Assembly (NCBI RefSeq): GCF_003334355.1
Contig: NZ_QOWP01000009.1
DNA: 64,000 nt
Direction: 5' to 3' (one strand)
DNA from: Escherichia coli
Lineage (GTDB): Bacteria; Pseudomonadota; Gammaproteobacteria; Enterobacterales; Enterobacteriaceae
How positions within the stretch are numbered: the stretch's first letter is position 1; each line of letters opens with the position of its first letter. Shown here piece after piece: positions 1 to 17,645 of this stretch. A program made the translations under genes and the position numbers. The notes under the pieces are model-generated. The model saw only the letters and a program-made list of their open reading frames with translations, had not been told where the DNA came from and ran no database searches.

Positions 1-585
1 CCGTCGCGTGATCTGGCGTACTTTATGGAAAGTACGGAATACTTTGATGATTACCTGAAAGCCGTGGCCTGGGCGCAGCTTTTTGCCAGCCTTAACCGCG
101 ATGCGATGATGGAAAACGTGGTAACGGCATTGCAGAGCATTACGCAGAAAACGGTCAGACAGCCACAAACGCTGGCGATGGAAGAGATCAACTGTCACCA
201 CAACTATGTGCAAAAAGAACAGCACTTTGGTGAAGAGATCTACGTGACGCGTAAAGGCGCGGTGTCTGCGCGTGCTGGTCAATATGGAATTATTCCCGGT
301 TCGATGGGAGCGAAAAGCTTTATCGTCCGTGGGTTGGGAAATGAAGAGTCGTTCTGTTCGTGCAGCCACGGTGCCGGGCGGGTAATGAGCCGTACTAAAG
401 CGAAAAAACTGTTCAGCGTGGAAGATCAAATTCGTGCCACCGCGCATGTGGAATGCCGTAAAGATGCCGAAGTGATCGACGAAATCCCGATGGCGTATAA
501 AGATATTGATGCGGTGATGGCGGCACAAAGCGATCTGGTGGAAGTTATCTACACCCTGCGTCAGGTGGTGTGCGTAAAAGGATAA
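1..585 (+). CDS. rtcB: RNA-splicing ligase RtcB, C-terminal part (5' end lies outside the window)
   Basis: Frame 1 is open from base 1 to the TAA at 583-585; the ORF-track fragment 25-585 is the same frame. Followed directly by rtcA as in the rtcBA operon. Confidence 0.85.
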   Translation, partial: PSRDLAYFMESTEYFDDYLKAVAWAQLFASLNRDAMMENVVTALQSITQKTVRQPQTLAMEEINCHHNYVQKEQHFGEEIYVTRKGAVSARAGQYGIIPGSMGAKSFIVRGLGNEESFCSCSHGAGRVMSRTKAKKLFSVEDQIRATAHVECRKDAEVIDEIPMAYKDIDAVMAAQSDLVEVIYTLRQVVCVKG

Positions 586-1605
<1,020 letters not shown>

Positions 1606-1618
1606 TGCAGAGATGTAA

Positions 1619-1642
1619 GCCGGATCTGGCGCGTTATCCGGC
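1619..1642. repeat. REP-like palindrome between rtcA and malT
   Basis: GCCGGATCTGGCGCGTTATCCGGC. Confidence 0.5.
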
Positions 1643-1647
1643 TAAAC

Positions 1648-4359
<2,712 letters not shown>

Positions 4360-4850
4360 TCACTTCACTGTGGAAAATGAGGAAATATTATTTTTTTTGC
4401 GCTTCGTAATTAATGGTTATAAGGTCGGCCAGAAACCTTTCTAATGCAAGCGATGACGTTTTTTTATGTGTCTGAATTTGCACTGTGTCACAATTCCAAA
4501 TCTTTATTAACAACTCACCTAAAACGACGCTGATCCAGCGTGAATACTGGTTTCCCTTATGTTCATCAGATTCATTTAAGCAAGGGTTTCTTCTTCATTC
4601 CTGATGAAAGTGCCATCTAAAAAGATGATCTTAATAAATCTATTAAGAATGAGATGGAGCACACTGGATATTTTACTTATGAAACTGTTTCACTCCTTTA
4701 CTTAATTTATAGAGTTACCTTTCGCTTTTTGAAAATACGCAACGGCCATTTTTTGCACTTAGATACAGATTTTCTGCGCTGTATTGCATTGATTTGCTGC
4801 TAATCCTGTGGTTTGCACTAGCTTTAAGTGGTTGAGATCACATTTCCTTG

Positions 4851-4897
4851 CTCATCCCCGCAACTCCTCCCTGCCTAATCCCCCGCAGGATGAGGAA
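4851..4897 (+). promoter_or_regulatory. malPQ promoter region with three MalT-box-like motifs
   Basis: CTCATCCCC (4851-4859, reverse of GGGGATGAG), CTCCTCCC (4865-4872), GGATGAGGA (4888-4896), about 70-110 bp upstream of the malP ATG; matches the MalT box consensus GGGGA(T/G)GAGG. Confidence 0.7.
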
Positions 4898-4940
4898 GGT
4901 CAACATCGAGCCTGGCAAACTAGCGATAACGTTGTGTTGA

Positions 4941-7358
<2,418 letters not shown>

Positions 7359-7367
7359 GGAAGCTCG

Positions 7368-9452
7368 ATGGAAAGCAAACGTCTGGATAATGCCGCGCTG
7401 GCGGCGGGGATTAGCCCCAATTACATCAATGCCCACGGTAAACCGCAGTCGATTAGCGCCGAAACCAAACGGCGTTTGCTTGACGCGATGCATCAACGTA
7501 CCGCCACGAAAGTGGCGGTAACGCCAGTCCCGAATGTCATGGTTTATACCAGCGGCAAAAAAATGCCGATGGTGGTGGAGGGCAGCGGCGAATATAGCTG
7601 GCTGCTGACCACCGAAGAAGGAACACAGTACAAAGGCCATGTAACGGGGGGCAAAGCGTTCAATCTACCGACGAAGCTGCCGGAAGGTTATCACACGCTG
7701 ACACTCACCCAGGACGACCAGCGCGCGCATTGCCGGGTGATTGTCGCCCCGAAGCGCTGTTACGAACCGCAGGCGTTGCTGAATAAACAAAAGCTGTGGG
7801 GTGCCTGCGTCCAGCTTTATACGCTGCGATCGGAAAAAAACTGGGGTATTGGGGATTTTGGCGATCTCAAAGCGATGCTGGTGGATGTGGCAAAACGTGG
7901 CGGGTCGTTCATCGGCCTGAACCCGATTCATGCGCTCTATCCGGCAAATCCGGAGAGTGCCAGCCCATACAGCCCGTCTTCTCGCCGTTGGCTGAATGTG
8001 ATTTATATCGACGTTAACGCCGTTGAAGATTTCCATCTTAGCGAAGAGGCTCAGGCCTGGTGGCAGTTGCCGACCACGCAACAGACGCTGCAACAGGCGC
8101 GCGATGCCGACTGGGTCGATTACTCCACGGTTACCGCCCTAAAAATGACAGCATTACGAATGGCGTGGAAAGGTTTCGCGCAACGTGATGATGAGCAGAT
8201 GACCGCGTTTCGCCAGTTTGTTGCAGATCAAGGCGACAGCCTGTTCTGGCAGGCAGCCTTTGATGCGCTACATGCCCAGCAAGTGAAAGAGGACGAAATG
8301 CGCTGGGGCTGGCCTGCATGGCCAGAGATGTATCAGAACGTGGATTCACCAGAAGTGCGTCAGTTCTGCGAAGAACATCGTGATGACGTCGATTTTTATC
8401 TCTGGTTGCAGTGGCTGGCTTACAGCCAGTTTGCCGCCTGCTGGGAGATAAGCCAGGGCTATGAAATGCCGATTGGCTTGTATCGTGATCTGGCGGTTGG
8501 CGTAGCGGAAGGTGGGGCGGAAACCTGGTGCGACCGTGAACTGTATTGCCTGAAAGCGTCGGTTGGCGCGCCGCCGGATATCCTCGGCCCGTTGGGGCAG
8601 AACTGGGGATTACCGCCAATGGACCCGCATATCATCACCGCGCGTGCCTATGAACCGTTTATCGAGCTGTTGCGTGCCAATATGCAAAACTGCGGCGCAT
8701 TACGAATTGACCATGTGATGTCGATGCTGCGTTTGTGGTGGATACCGTATGGCGAGACGGCAGATCAGGGCGCGTATGTTCACTATCCGGTGGATGATCT
8801 GCTCTCGATTCTGGCACTCGAAAGTAAACGTCATCGCTGTATGGTGATTGGTGAAGATCTCGGTACCGTACCGGTAGAGATTGTCGGTAAGCTGCGCAGC
8901 AGCGGTGTGTACTCCTACAAAGTGCTCTATTTCGAAAACGACCACGAGAAGACGTTCCGTGCACCGAAAGCGTATCCGGAGCAGTCGATGGCGGTTGCGG
9001 CGACACATGACCTGCCTACGCTACGCGGTTACTGGGAGAGCGGGGATCTAACGCTGGGCAAAACCCTGGGGCTGTATCCGGATGAAGTGGTACTGCGCGG
9101 TCTGTATCAGGATCGCGAACTGGCGAAGCAAGGGCTGCTGGATGCACTGCATAAATATGGTTGTCTGCCAAAACGTGCCGGGCATAAGGCATCGTTGATG
9201 TCGATGACGCCGACGCTGAACCGTGGTTTGCAGCGCTACATTGCCGACAGTAACAGTGCTCTGTTAGGACTACAGCCGGAAGACTGGCTGGATATGGCCG
9301 AACCGGTGAATATTCCTGGCACCAGTTACCAGTATAAAAACTGGCGACGCAAGCTTTCCGCAACGCTTGAGACGATGTTTGCCGATGATGGCGTGAACAA
9401 GTTGCTGAAGGATTTGGACAGACGGCGCAGAGCTGCAGCGAAGAAGAAGTAG
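7368..9452 (+). CDS. malQ: 4-alpha-glucanotransferase (amylomaltase)
   Basis: 694 aa ORF 9 bp after malP; classic malPQ arrangement. Confidence 0.95.
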   Translation: MESKRLDNAALAAGISPNYINAHGKPQSISAETKRRLLDAMHQRTATKVAVTPVPNVMVYTSGKKMPMVVEGSGEYSWLLTTEEGTQYKGHVTGGKAFNLPTKLPEGYHTLTLTQDDQRAHCRVIVAPKRCYEPQALLNKQKLWGACVQLYTLRSEKNWGIGDFGDLKAMLVDVAKRGGSFIGLNPIHALYPANPESASPYSPSSRRWLNVIYIDVNAVEDFHLSEEAQAWWQLPTTQQTLQQARDADWVDYSTVTALKMTALRMAWKGFAQRDDEQMTAFRQFVADQGDSLFWQAAFDALHAQQVKEDEMRWGWPAWPEMYQNVDSPEVRQFCEEHRDDVDFYLWLQWLAYSQFAACWEISQGYEMPIGLYRDLAVGVAEGGAETWCDRELYCLKASVGAPPDILGPLGQNWGLPPMDPHIITARAYEPFIELLRANMQNCGALRIDHVMSMLRLWWIPYGETADQGAYVHYPVDDLLSILALESKRHRCMVIGEDLGTVPVEIVGKLRSSGVYSYKVLYFENDHEKTFRAPKAYPEQSMAVAATHDLPTLRGYWESGDLTLGKTLGLYPDEVVLRGLYQDRELAKQGLLDALHKYGCLPKRAGHKASLMSMTPTLNRGLQRYIADSNSALLGLQPEDWLDMAEPVNIPGTSYQYKNWRRKLSATLETMFADDGVNKLLKDLDRRRRAAAKKK

Positions 9453-9463
9453 AGTGCGGTTGA

Positions 9464-9486
9464 TGCCGGATGCGATGCATCCGGCA
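9464..9486. repeat. REP-like palindrome / bidirectional terminator between malQ and gntT
   Basis: TGCCGGATGCGATGCATCCGGCA, a perfect palindrome. Confidence 0.6.
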
Positions 9487-9496
9487 GTCAGTGTTA

Positions 9497-10813
9497 TCAA
9501 ATCACCATATTCAGCAGCAGACAGCCTACCAGACCGCACACCGAGATAATGGTTTCCAGCATCGACCAGGATTTGATGGTCTCGCCGATAGTCAGGTTAA
9601 AGTACTCTTTGAACAGCCAGAAGCCCGGATCGTTCACATGAGAGAAAATCACACTACCGGAACCAACCGCAATAACCATCAGCTCCGGGCTAACACCCGT
9701 CGTTGCAATCAGCGGTGCCGCGATACCACCCGCAGTGATTGCCGCAACGGTTGCGGAACCCAGCGCGATACGCAGTACGGCAGCAATCGACCAGGCCATC
9801 AGCAGCGGAGAAATGTTGGTTTCGTGCATCATGGAAGCAATGTATTTGTCCACGCCGCTGTCTACCAGCACCTGCTTGAACGCACCGCCACCACCGATGA
9901 TCAACAGCATCATCGCAATGATTTTGATGGAAGAAACCAGCGTGTCGTTAATCTGATCCATTGAACGACCACGGTTTAGACCAAAGGTGAACATCGCAAT
10001 CAGCACGGCAATCAGCGTAGCCATTACCGGGTCACCGAGGAACTCCGCTACCGGCAGGAAAGCGTGACCTTTCGGCAGGATCATTTCGGCAATCGCACGC
10101 ATCGCCATCAGTACTACCGGCACCAGAGAGGTCCAGACGCTGACGCCAAAGCTCGGCATCTCTTCTTCGCTGAAGGTTTTCGCGCTGTAGAGACCTTCCG
10201 GGATTGGCTTATCGATACCTTTCAACACGCGAGCGTAAACCGGACCGGCGAGAATCACGGTCGGGATTGCCAGAATAGTACCGTACAGCAGGGTTTTACC
10301 CATGTCGGCATTGAAAATGGTGGCAATCGCAGTCGGGCCCGGATGCGGTGGCAGGAAGCCGTGGGTCACAGACAGTGCAGCCGCCATTGGTACACCAACA
10401 TACAGCAGTGGAATATTCGCAGAAGCCGCGATGGTAAACACCAGCGGCAGCATCAGCACAAAGCCCACTTCATAGAACAGGGCAAAACCAACGGTAAAAC
10501 CGGTCAGTACCACCGCCCACTGGATGTGTTTTTTACCAAATTTGGCAATCAGCGTGGTGGCGATACGTTGTGCGCCACCGCAGTCTGCCAGCATTTTGCC
10601 CAGCATTGCGCCAAAACCCATGATCAGGGCAAGGCTACCGAGCGTCCCGCCGACACCGGCTTTGATGGAGCCAATAACTTTATCCAGCGGCATTCCTTGC
10701 ATTAATCCAACAGCAAGCGCCACGAGGACGAGAGCGATGAAGCCGTTCATTTTGAAGCGGATCATCAGGAGCAACAACAAGATTACACCGATAGCAACAA
10801 TGACTAATGGCAT
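9497..10813 (-). CDS. gntT: High-affinity gluconate permease (GntP family)
   Basis: 438 aa, strongly hydrophobic polytopic membrane protein; convergent with malQ. Confidence 0.93.
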   Translation of the reverse strand: MPLVIVAIGVILLLLLMIRFKMNGFIALVLVALAVGLMQGMPLDKVIGSIKAGVGGTLGSLALIMGFGAMLGKMLADCGGAQRIATTLIAKFGKKHIQWAVVLTGFTVGFALFYEVGFVLMLPLVFTIAASANIPLLYVGVPMAAALSVTHGFLPPHPGPTAIATIFNADMGKTLLYGTILAIPTVILAGPVYARVLKGIDKPIPEGLYSAKTFSEEEMPSFGVSVWTSLVPVVLMAMRAIAEMILPKGHAFLPVAEFLGDPVMATLIAVLIAMFTFGLNRGRSMDQINDTLVSSIKIIAMMLLIIGGGGAFKQVLVDSGVDKYIASMMHETNISPLLMAWSIAAVLRIALGSATVAAITAGGIAAPLIATTGVSPELMVIAVGSGSVIFSHVNDPGFWLFKEYFNLTIGETIKSWSMLETIISVCGLVGCLLLNMVI

Positions 10814-10975
10814 GATTTACCTGGCCTTTCATTTGTTATGGGTAACGTCAATTTTCTGACGACAAACTCTAATTATCCCAATCGGGAACAGAGATATTGC
10901 GGCACCACGACTGATACCCACTAAAACTAATTATTGTAGTCAGATGTCAGGAGTATGTTTGGTACCCATGTGAAT

Positions 10976-10989
10976 GATACGGGTAACAT
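10976..10989 (-). promoter_or_regulatory. GntR-operator-like palindrome upstream of gntT
   Basis: Reads ATGTTACCCGTATC on the gntT strand, about 165 bp upstream of the gntT start. Confidence 0.4.
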
Positions 10990-11117
10990 CTGGCGTTTGA
11001 GAATCACCAGAGCGGGGTAAATTTAAATTATGAGAGGTTGGTCATATTATCGCGGGGAAACGAAGGGAGGGATTTGCCAAAGCAATGCTGCGCCAACGTC
11101 TGGCACATGTTCAATGT

Positions 11118-11173
<56 letters not shown>

Positions 11174-11749
11174 TTAGTAGTAGGAGTGTTCGCCGCGCTG
11201 GTGTTCGGTGAGATCGCGCACACCTTTCAGCTCCGGGAATTCGTTTAGCAGCTGCTTCTCGATCCCTTCTTTCAGCGTCACATCCACCATGGAACAACCG
11301 TTACAGCCGCCGCCAAATTGCAGAATGGCGTAACCGTCTTCGGTGATTTCCATCAGCGAAACGCGACCACCGTGACCAGCAAGTTGCGGGTTGATCTGCG
11401 ACTGTAGCATATACTCCACGCGCTCCATCAGCGGTGCATCGTCTGCCACTTTACGCATTTTGGCGTTCGGGGCTTTCAGCGTTAACTGGGAACCCAACTG
11501 GTCGGTAACAAAATCGATCTCTGCATCTTCCAGGTATGGTGCGCTTAACTCATCAACATACGCGGTCAGCAGGTCAAATTTCAGGGCGGTGTCGGTGGCT
11601 TCCACGGCATCCGGCGGACAATAAGAAACACCACATTCAGCGTTAGGCGTGCCAGGGTTAATCACAAATACGCGGATTTGTGTCCCTTCTTCCTGATTTG
11701 CCAGCAGTTTGGCAAAGTGCGCTTGTGCAGCATCGGAAATACGGATCAT
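11174..11749 (-). CDS. nfuA: Fe-S cluster carrier protein NfuA
   Basis: 191 aa; C-terminal Nfu domain with 'CNGC' motif. Confidence 0.95.
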
Positions 11750-11807
11750 AGTAATGGCCTAATAGTTGACTATTTTAGTTGGTTATAATACGCCCATCAT
11801 CGAGGCT

Positions 11808-13299
<1,492 letters not shown>

Positions 13300-13325
13300 G
13301 CACTTTTGAATGGCGAGACAGAACT

Positions 13326-14204
13326 TTACTGACTCGCCGCAGCCAACTCTTCTTCTGACAGCCCGGTAAAGCGCATGATGTCTGCAAGAGGGACTCCGGA
13401 TTCAAGCATTATTTTGGCTATATGCAAGGCTTTGGATTGTTCCCCCTCCTGCCGCAATCTTTCCGCAATAGTCATTAAACTCTCCTTGTGTTTCGGTGAA
13501 CGTTCGGCAACGCCGTCGATAAAATCGTTAAAACGTACCGCATCGCCGGTTTGCAAGATGTAATTAAACAGCCCTTTGATTTGTCTGTCATTAGCGTATC
13601 CACTACTTAATAAGCAGGCCATTTGTTCTACCAGCCCCATCAGATCGCGTTGACGAATATGTTTTTGAATTAACTCCAGCAGCGCCATACGTCGGTGCTG
13701 CATGATTTCATCATCAGGCATGACGGTGACATCAATCAGCGGAAATGCGGAGGCATAAAGCTGCCTTGCCAGTTTGGGATCGGCGAAACAATCCAGCCAA
13801 CACAGCGAATAGGGATAGGGGCTTTCAATACCGTGGTAAAACAACAATGGCACCACCATCGGCAACGTTTTGTATCCGGCATCAAGGTGATTTTGCATTG
13901 CGGCAATAGCGTAACGCATCATGCGAAATGCGATCAGTTTGTTTGAGGTGCTTTGATGTTCAATCAGACAATAGATGTATCCTGGTCCTTGTTCTGTTTT
14001 CACCGACCACAGCACATCGGAATAGCTTTCACGCAGATCGTCATCAATAAAGCTGCTCGACTCCAGCTTGAGGGTTTTCATATCACAGAGCGCGTGAATG
14101 GGTGCCGGTAAATGAAACGCAAGAAAATCGCGTGCCGTCTCCGGTTGGCGTAAAAAGAGTTTGAACAGCGCATCGTGTGGGGTGGAACTCTGCTTTTTGC
14201 TCAT
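13326..14204 (-). CDS. rpnA: Recombination-promoting nuclease RpnA (YhgA-like, transposase-related PD-(D/E)XK family)
   Basis: 292 aa; translation matches the YhgA/Rpn family as I recall it; stands alone between bioH and feoC. Confidence 0.85.
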   Translation of the reverse strand: MSKKQSSTPHDALFKLFLRQPETARDFLAFHLPAPIHALCDMKTLKLESSSFIDDDLRESYSDVLWSVKTEQGPGYIYCLIEHQSTSNKLIAFRMMRYAIAAMQNHLDAGYKTLPMVVPLLFYHGIESPYPYSLCWLDCFADPKLARQLYASAFPLIDVTVMPDDEIMQHRRMALLELIQKHIRQRDLMGLVEQMACLLSSGYANDRQIKGLFNYILQTGDAVRFNDFIDGVAERSPKHKESLMTIAERLRQEGEQSKALHIAKIMLESGVPLADIMRFTGLSEEELAAASQ

Positions 14205-14349
14205 GGCGTTCCTTCACCTGTTGTTTGAATGCCGCGACTCTACGCGCCACTCCACACCTGTGCATTAGCCAGTTTTCATCCCTGCGAGACGCTTTCAGAG
14301 GAACTTACGTCGCGCTGCAAGAATTGCATTTTTATGGAAAGCCGCACGC

Positions 14350-14380
14350 AAAAAAGCCCGGATGCAGACGCATACCGGGC
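14350..14380 (-). terminator. Intrinsic terminator downstream of feoC
   Basis: Hairpin AGCCCGG-(13 nt loop)-CCGGGCT followed on the minus strand by TTTTTT. Confidence 0.7.
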
Positions 14381-14406
14381 TTTTCAAAACAGGCGATGGA
14401 GTATGG

Positions 14407-14643
14407 TTAACGCAGCGCCCACCACTCGCGCAGACAGGCTTTTCCTTCCGGGCAGCTTTTACAACTGCCGGAGAGGCAGCCGTCAGGTTCTTCCTGAATC
14501 CGCACGGCTTTGCCCATACTTTCCAGTTGTTGCAGCATGGCGTTAATCATTGGCTGCGGAGTGTGCAATGTCTGGCTTATCTGGGCCGCTTCCATACGGC
14601 CCCGTAACGCCAGCAAATCACGCACCTGAATAAGTGAAGCCAT
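14407..14643 (-). CDS. feoC: Ferrous iron transport protein C
   Basis: 78 aa from the ATG at 14641-14643 (ORF track starts 3 codons earlier); Cys cluster '[15 protein letters not shown]'; start overlaps the feoB stop (TAATG). Confidence 0.9.
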   Translation of the reverse strand: MASLIQVRDLLALRGRMEAAQISQTLHTPQPMINAMLQQLESMGKAVRIQEEPDGCLSGSCKSCPEGKACLREWWALR

Positions 14644-16964
14644 TAATGGCAATCACCGGTGGTGCTGGCTGCGCAGCAACTACTTACCGACTTGCGGGTT
14701 GCCAGCAGTTCGATATCCACCCGGCTACGCGCGCGGCGCAGCAGACCGATAACCACGATGTTAAACAGGATAACCGCCAGAATGCACACCAGGCTGTAAG
14801 TTGGGTGCTGACTGTAGCTGGCGACCTGATAGAACAATGTTGCCAGCGAGTAAGCGATATTCAGCCCCCACAGGATGGAGAAGCCCATCCAGCCACGGCT
14901 TGATTCACGGGCGATGGCTCCCATCACCGAGATACATGGTACATACAGCAGGACGAAAATCAGGTAGCTGTAAGCTGCTGCTGCGCTACCGAATTTCTGA
15001 TCCATCACGCCCATCGCCCCGGTACCCATTTCGCCGTCGCCTTTGCTGGCTTCAATGGGGTTCATCAGTACGCTAAGGCTGAAGGTGTCTTTCAGGCTCT
15101 GCCAGGTTTCATCTATCGCACTGAACAGCTCTTCACCGAGGTTAAACTCTGCCGGATTGAACTCTTCGTCCTGAATATTTTCTGCGGTGTAGAGGGTGTT
15201 GAGCGTACCCACTACCACTTCTTTCGCCATGGCACCTGTAAACAGGCCAACCGTTGCCTGCCAGTTATCTTCATGCACGCCAATTGGCTTGAAGACCGGG
15301 GTGATCACCCGGCTGACGGACGCCAGCGCCGAGTCGTTGATGTTATCGACGATTTTCCCGCTCAGCGAGAAGCTGTTGAAAGCGCTCAGGAAAATGCTGA
15401 CGATGATGATCACTTTACCAGCACGCAGAACGAAGCCTTTCAGACGCTGCCAGGTCTGGATAATCAGGCTTTTAACGTGTGGTACATGATAGACCGGCAA
15501 CTCCATGACAAACGGCGTCGCTTCACCGCGCATGATGGTGTACTTGAGCATCAGGCCAGTCAGCACCGCCATCACAATACCCAGCATATACAGCGAGAAG
15601 ACCGCCAGCGCACCGTTCTGCCCGAAGAAGGCAGCCGCGAATACTGCGAAGATAGCCAGACGCGCGCCGCAGGACATAAACGGTGCCATCATGATGGTCA
15701 TCAGACGTTCACGCGGTGCATCAAGCGTACGTGCACCCATTACCGACGGTACGTTACAACCGAAACCGACGATCAGCGGCACAAAGGATTTCCCCGGCAA
15801 GCCCAGCGCCTGCATCAGACGGTCCATCACAAACGCCGCACGCGCCATATACCCGGAGTCCTCAAGGAAGGAGAGGAACAGGTACATCATGCCAATCTGC
15901 GGCACCAGTGGCAGCACGGTGTTAATGCCGCCACCCAGGCCCTGGGCGAGGAAGATAGTCAGCCAGTCCGGGAAGTGGAGCGTGTAGCCAATCCATTGAA
16001 TACCATGCACAAATAGCGCCACGGAGCCGACGTCAAACAGCGGCTGTAACGCCCCGCCGATGTTGATAGCCAGCAGGAACATCAGGTACATCACAAAGAG
16101 GAAAATCGGCAGACCGAGGAAACGGTTGAGCACGATTTTATCTACCGCAGTGGTGAAACGGCTGGGTTCTGCCGTCAGGGTGTTGCTTACCACATCACAG
16201 ATGGCAGCAATGCACTGGTAACGCGCATCGGCAATGTGCAGCGCCGGATCGTCCATCTCATTACGCAGACGGGCGAGGGCGGCATCCAGATGCTGCGACG
16301 CTTCACCGGCGTAGGCGCGGCTGTAGATATCGCCTTCCAGCATTTGCAGGCCCAGCCAGCGACGTTGTTTCAGCGGGATGTCGGAAGGCATCACTTTTGC
16401 CAGTGAATCTGCTTCGTTGAGCAGCGGCTGTGCGTAATGCACCAGTTCCACATTCTCGTTAGCTTTATAGCGATCAATCGCCAGCTTGAGCGCTTCAATA
16501 CCGCGACCACGGGTTGAAACCAGCGGGATCACCGGACAGCCCAGACGCGCCGACAGAGCATCAATTTCAATACGAATATTTTGCTTCTCGGCAATGTCGA
16601 GCATGTTCAGTGCCACAATGCAGGGAATGCCGAGTTCCAGCAGTTGTAGCGTCAGGTACAGGTTACGCTCAAGGTTAGACGCATCCACCACGTTAATCAG
16701 CAGGTCGGCGTCGCCACTCAAAATGTAGTGACAGGCGATTTGCTCATCGAGCGAGGTCTGCGATGAGATGGTGGTCAGAGAATAGGTGCCGGGCAGGTCC
16801 ACCAGCGTGACCTGATGATCGGTGGTGGAGAATTGCCCTTCTTTACGTTCGACGGTAACGCCAGCCCAGTTACCTACACGCTGACGTGCGCCAGTGAGCT
16901 GGTTAAATAAGGTTGTCTTGCCAGAATTTGGATTACCAATTAAGCCTATGGTTAATTTTTTCAT
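14643..16964 (-). CDS. feoB: Ferrous iron transporter FeoB (GTPase plus permease)
   Basis: 773 aa from [18 protein letters not shown] (G1 motif); ATG confirmed at 16962-16964; long hydrophobic C-terminal domain. Confidence 0.97.
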   Translation of the reverse strand: MKKLTIGLIGNPNSGKTTLFNQLTGARQRVGNWAGVTVERKEGQFSTTDHQVTLVDLPGTYSLTTISSQTSLDEQIACHYILSGDADLLINVVDASNLERNLYLTLQLLELGIPCIVALNMLDIAEKQNIRIEIDALSARLGCPVIPLVSTRGRGIEALKLAIDRYKANENVELVHYAQPLLNEADSLAKVMPSDIPLKQRRWLGLQMLEGDIYSRAYAGEASQHLDAALARLRNEMDDPALHIADARYQCIAAICDVVSNTLTAEPSRFTTAVDKIVLNRFLGLPIFLFVMYLMFLLAINIGGALQPLFDVGSVALFVHGIQWIGYTLHFPDWLTIFLAQGLGGGINTVLPLVPQIGMMYLFLSFLEDSGYMARAAFVMDRLMQALGLPGKSFVPLIVGFGCNVPSVMGARTLDAPRERLMTIMMAPFMSCGARLAIFAVFAAAFFGQNGALAVFSLYMLGIVMAVLTGLMLKYTIMRGEATPFVMELPVYHVPHVKSLIIQTWQRLKGFVLRAGKVIIIVSIFLSAFNSFSLSGKIVDNINDSALASVSRVITPVFKPIGVHEDNWQATVGLFTGAMAKEVVVGTLNTLYTAENIQDEEFNPAEFNLGEELFSAIDETWQSLKDTFSLSVLMNPIEASKGDGEMGTGAMGVMDQKFGSAAAAYSYLIFVLLYVPCISVMGAIARESSRGWMGFSILWGLNIAYSLATLFYQVASYSQHPTYSLVCILAVILFNIVVIGLLRRARSRVDIELLATRKSVSSCCAASTTGDCH

Positions 16965-16980
16965 TGTTGTTATCACCGTA

Positions 16981-17208
16981 TTAACAGGAAACCGCTTCCA
17001 CTTCTAATAAGGCCAGATCTTTTTTGCGTAATACCAGGCTCACACGACGGGTTTCGATATGAATGGGGTCGCCGAGTGGAGCGACGCGCACCACATTAAA
17101 AGAGGAGCCAGGTAACATGCCAAGAGAAAGCAGTTTTTGGCGATATGCCGGGCTGATTTCACGGGAAAAGCCAGTGATTTTCCACGCAGTATCTGGAGTG
17201 TATTGCAT
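16981..17208 (-). CDS. feoA: Ferrous iron transport protein A
   Basis: 75 aa small ORF immediately upstream of feoB. Confidence 0.93.
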   Translation of the reverse strand: MQYTPDTAWKITGFSREISPAYRQKLLSLGMLPGSSFNVVRVAPLGDPIHIETRRVSLVLRKKDLALLEVEAVSC

Positions 17209-17318
17209 AGGTGCCTACTTGTTTCTCATTAACTGGATAACTACCTCATGGGGCGTTTGACAGCGACATGAGACCAGATGATTTGCCAACAAAGGAGAGA
17301 TTAAATAATCAACAACAC

Positions 17319-17337
17319 AATGATAATGAGAATGGTT
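17319..17337. promoter_or_regulatory. Fur-box-like AT-rich motif upstream of feoA
   Basis: AATGATAATGAGAATGGTT, partial match to the Fur box consensus GATAATGATAATCATTATC, about 110 bp upstream of feoA. Confidence 0.45.
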
Positions 17338-17397
17338 TCTATCAGCAATACTTAAAATGTGTGCGAATGTTGGTTTGAATAATAATCTGACTCAATG

Positions 17398-17411
17398 TTG
17401 ATGTGGCTCAA
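17398..17411. promoter_or_regulatory. FNR-like site upstream of feoA
   Basis: TTGATgtggCTCAA, one mismatch to TTGAT-N4-ATCAA. Confidence 0.4.
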
Positions 17412-17536
17412 GGTTATATCGCAGCGAAAATATAATTCGAATAGTGAATTACCCGGACTGGCTAATGTTTAATTAAGGTTTCAGTTGTTAATGAAGTGAT
17501 AAATATTGCCGGAATATATTATGAGTTTGGTTGTGG

Positions 17537-17564
17537 AATAAAAAGGCCGGAGATATTCTCCGGC
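17537..17564 (-). terminator. Intrinsic terminator downstream of tex
   Basis: GCCGGAGATATTCTCCGGC hairpin followed on the minus strand by CTTTTTATT. Confidence 0.7.
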
Positions 17565-17590
17565 ACTTTTATGTCAGGCAAAGCGTTCGT

Positions 17591-17625
17591 TGCCAGATGC
17601 GGCGTGAACGCCTTATCGCGCAGGT
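17591..17625. repeat. REP-like element downstream of tex
   Basis: TGCCAGATGCGGCGTGAACGCCTTATCGCGCAGG resembles the REP consensus. Confidence 0.5.
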
Positions 17626-17645
17626 TTAGGGGCCAGTCCGGGCGT

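Noticed and set aside
10940-10960. Second GntR-like operator (ATGTTTGGTACCCAT) upstream of gntT
   Set aside because: Only the central GGTACC is palindromic and the arms do not match the ATGTTACC half-site well; too weak to call.
15273-16016. 247-aa ORF on the plus strand
   Set aside because: Antisense to feoB; His/Arg/Gln-rich translation with no domain resemblance.
16965-16976. ORF-track starts upstream of the real start (example: feoB 'MITTMKK'); also seen for gntX, greB, ompR, pck, hslO, yrfG, hofM, hofP, yhfY, yhfU and frlR/C/B/A
   Set aside because: The six-frame track reports the longest ORF; I chose internal ATG/GTG codons that give the expected N-termini and protein lengths and verified each start codon in the sequence.
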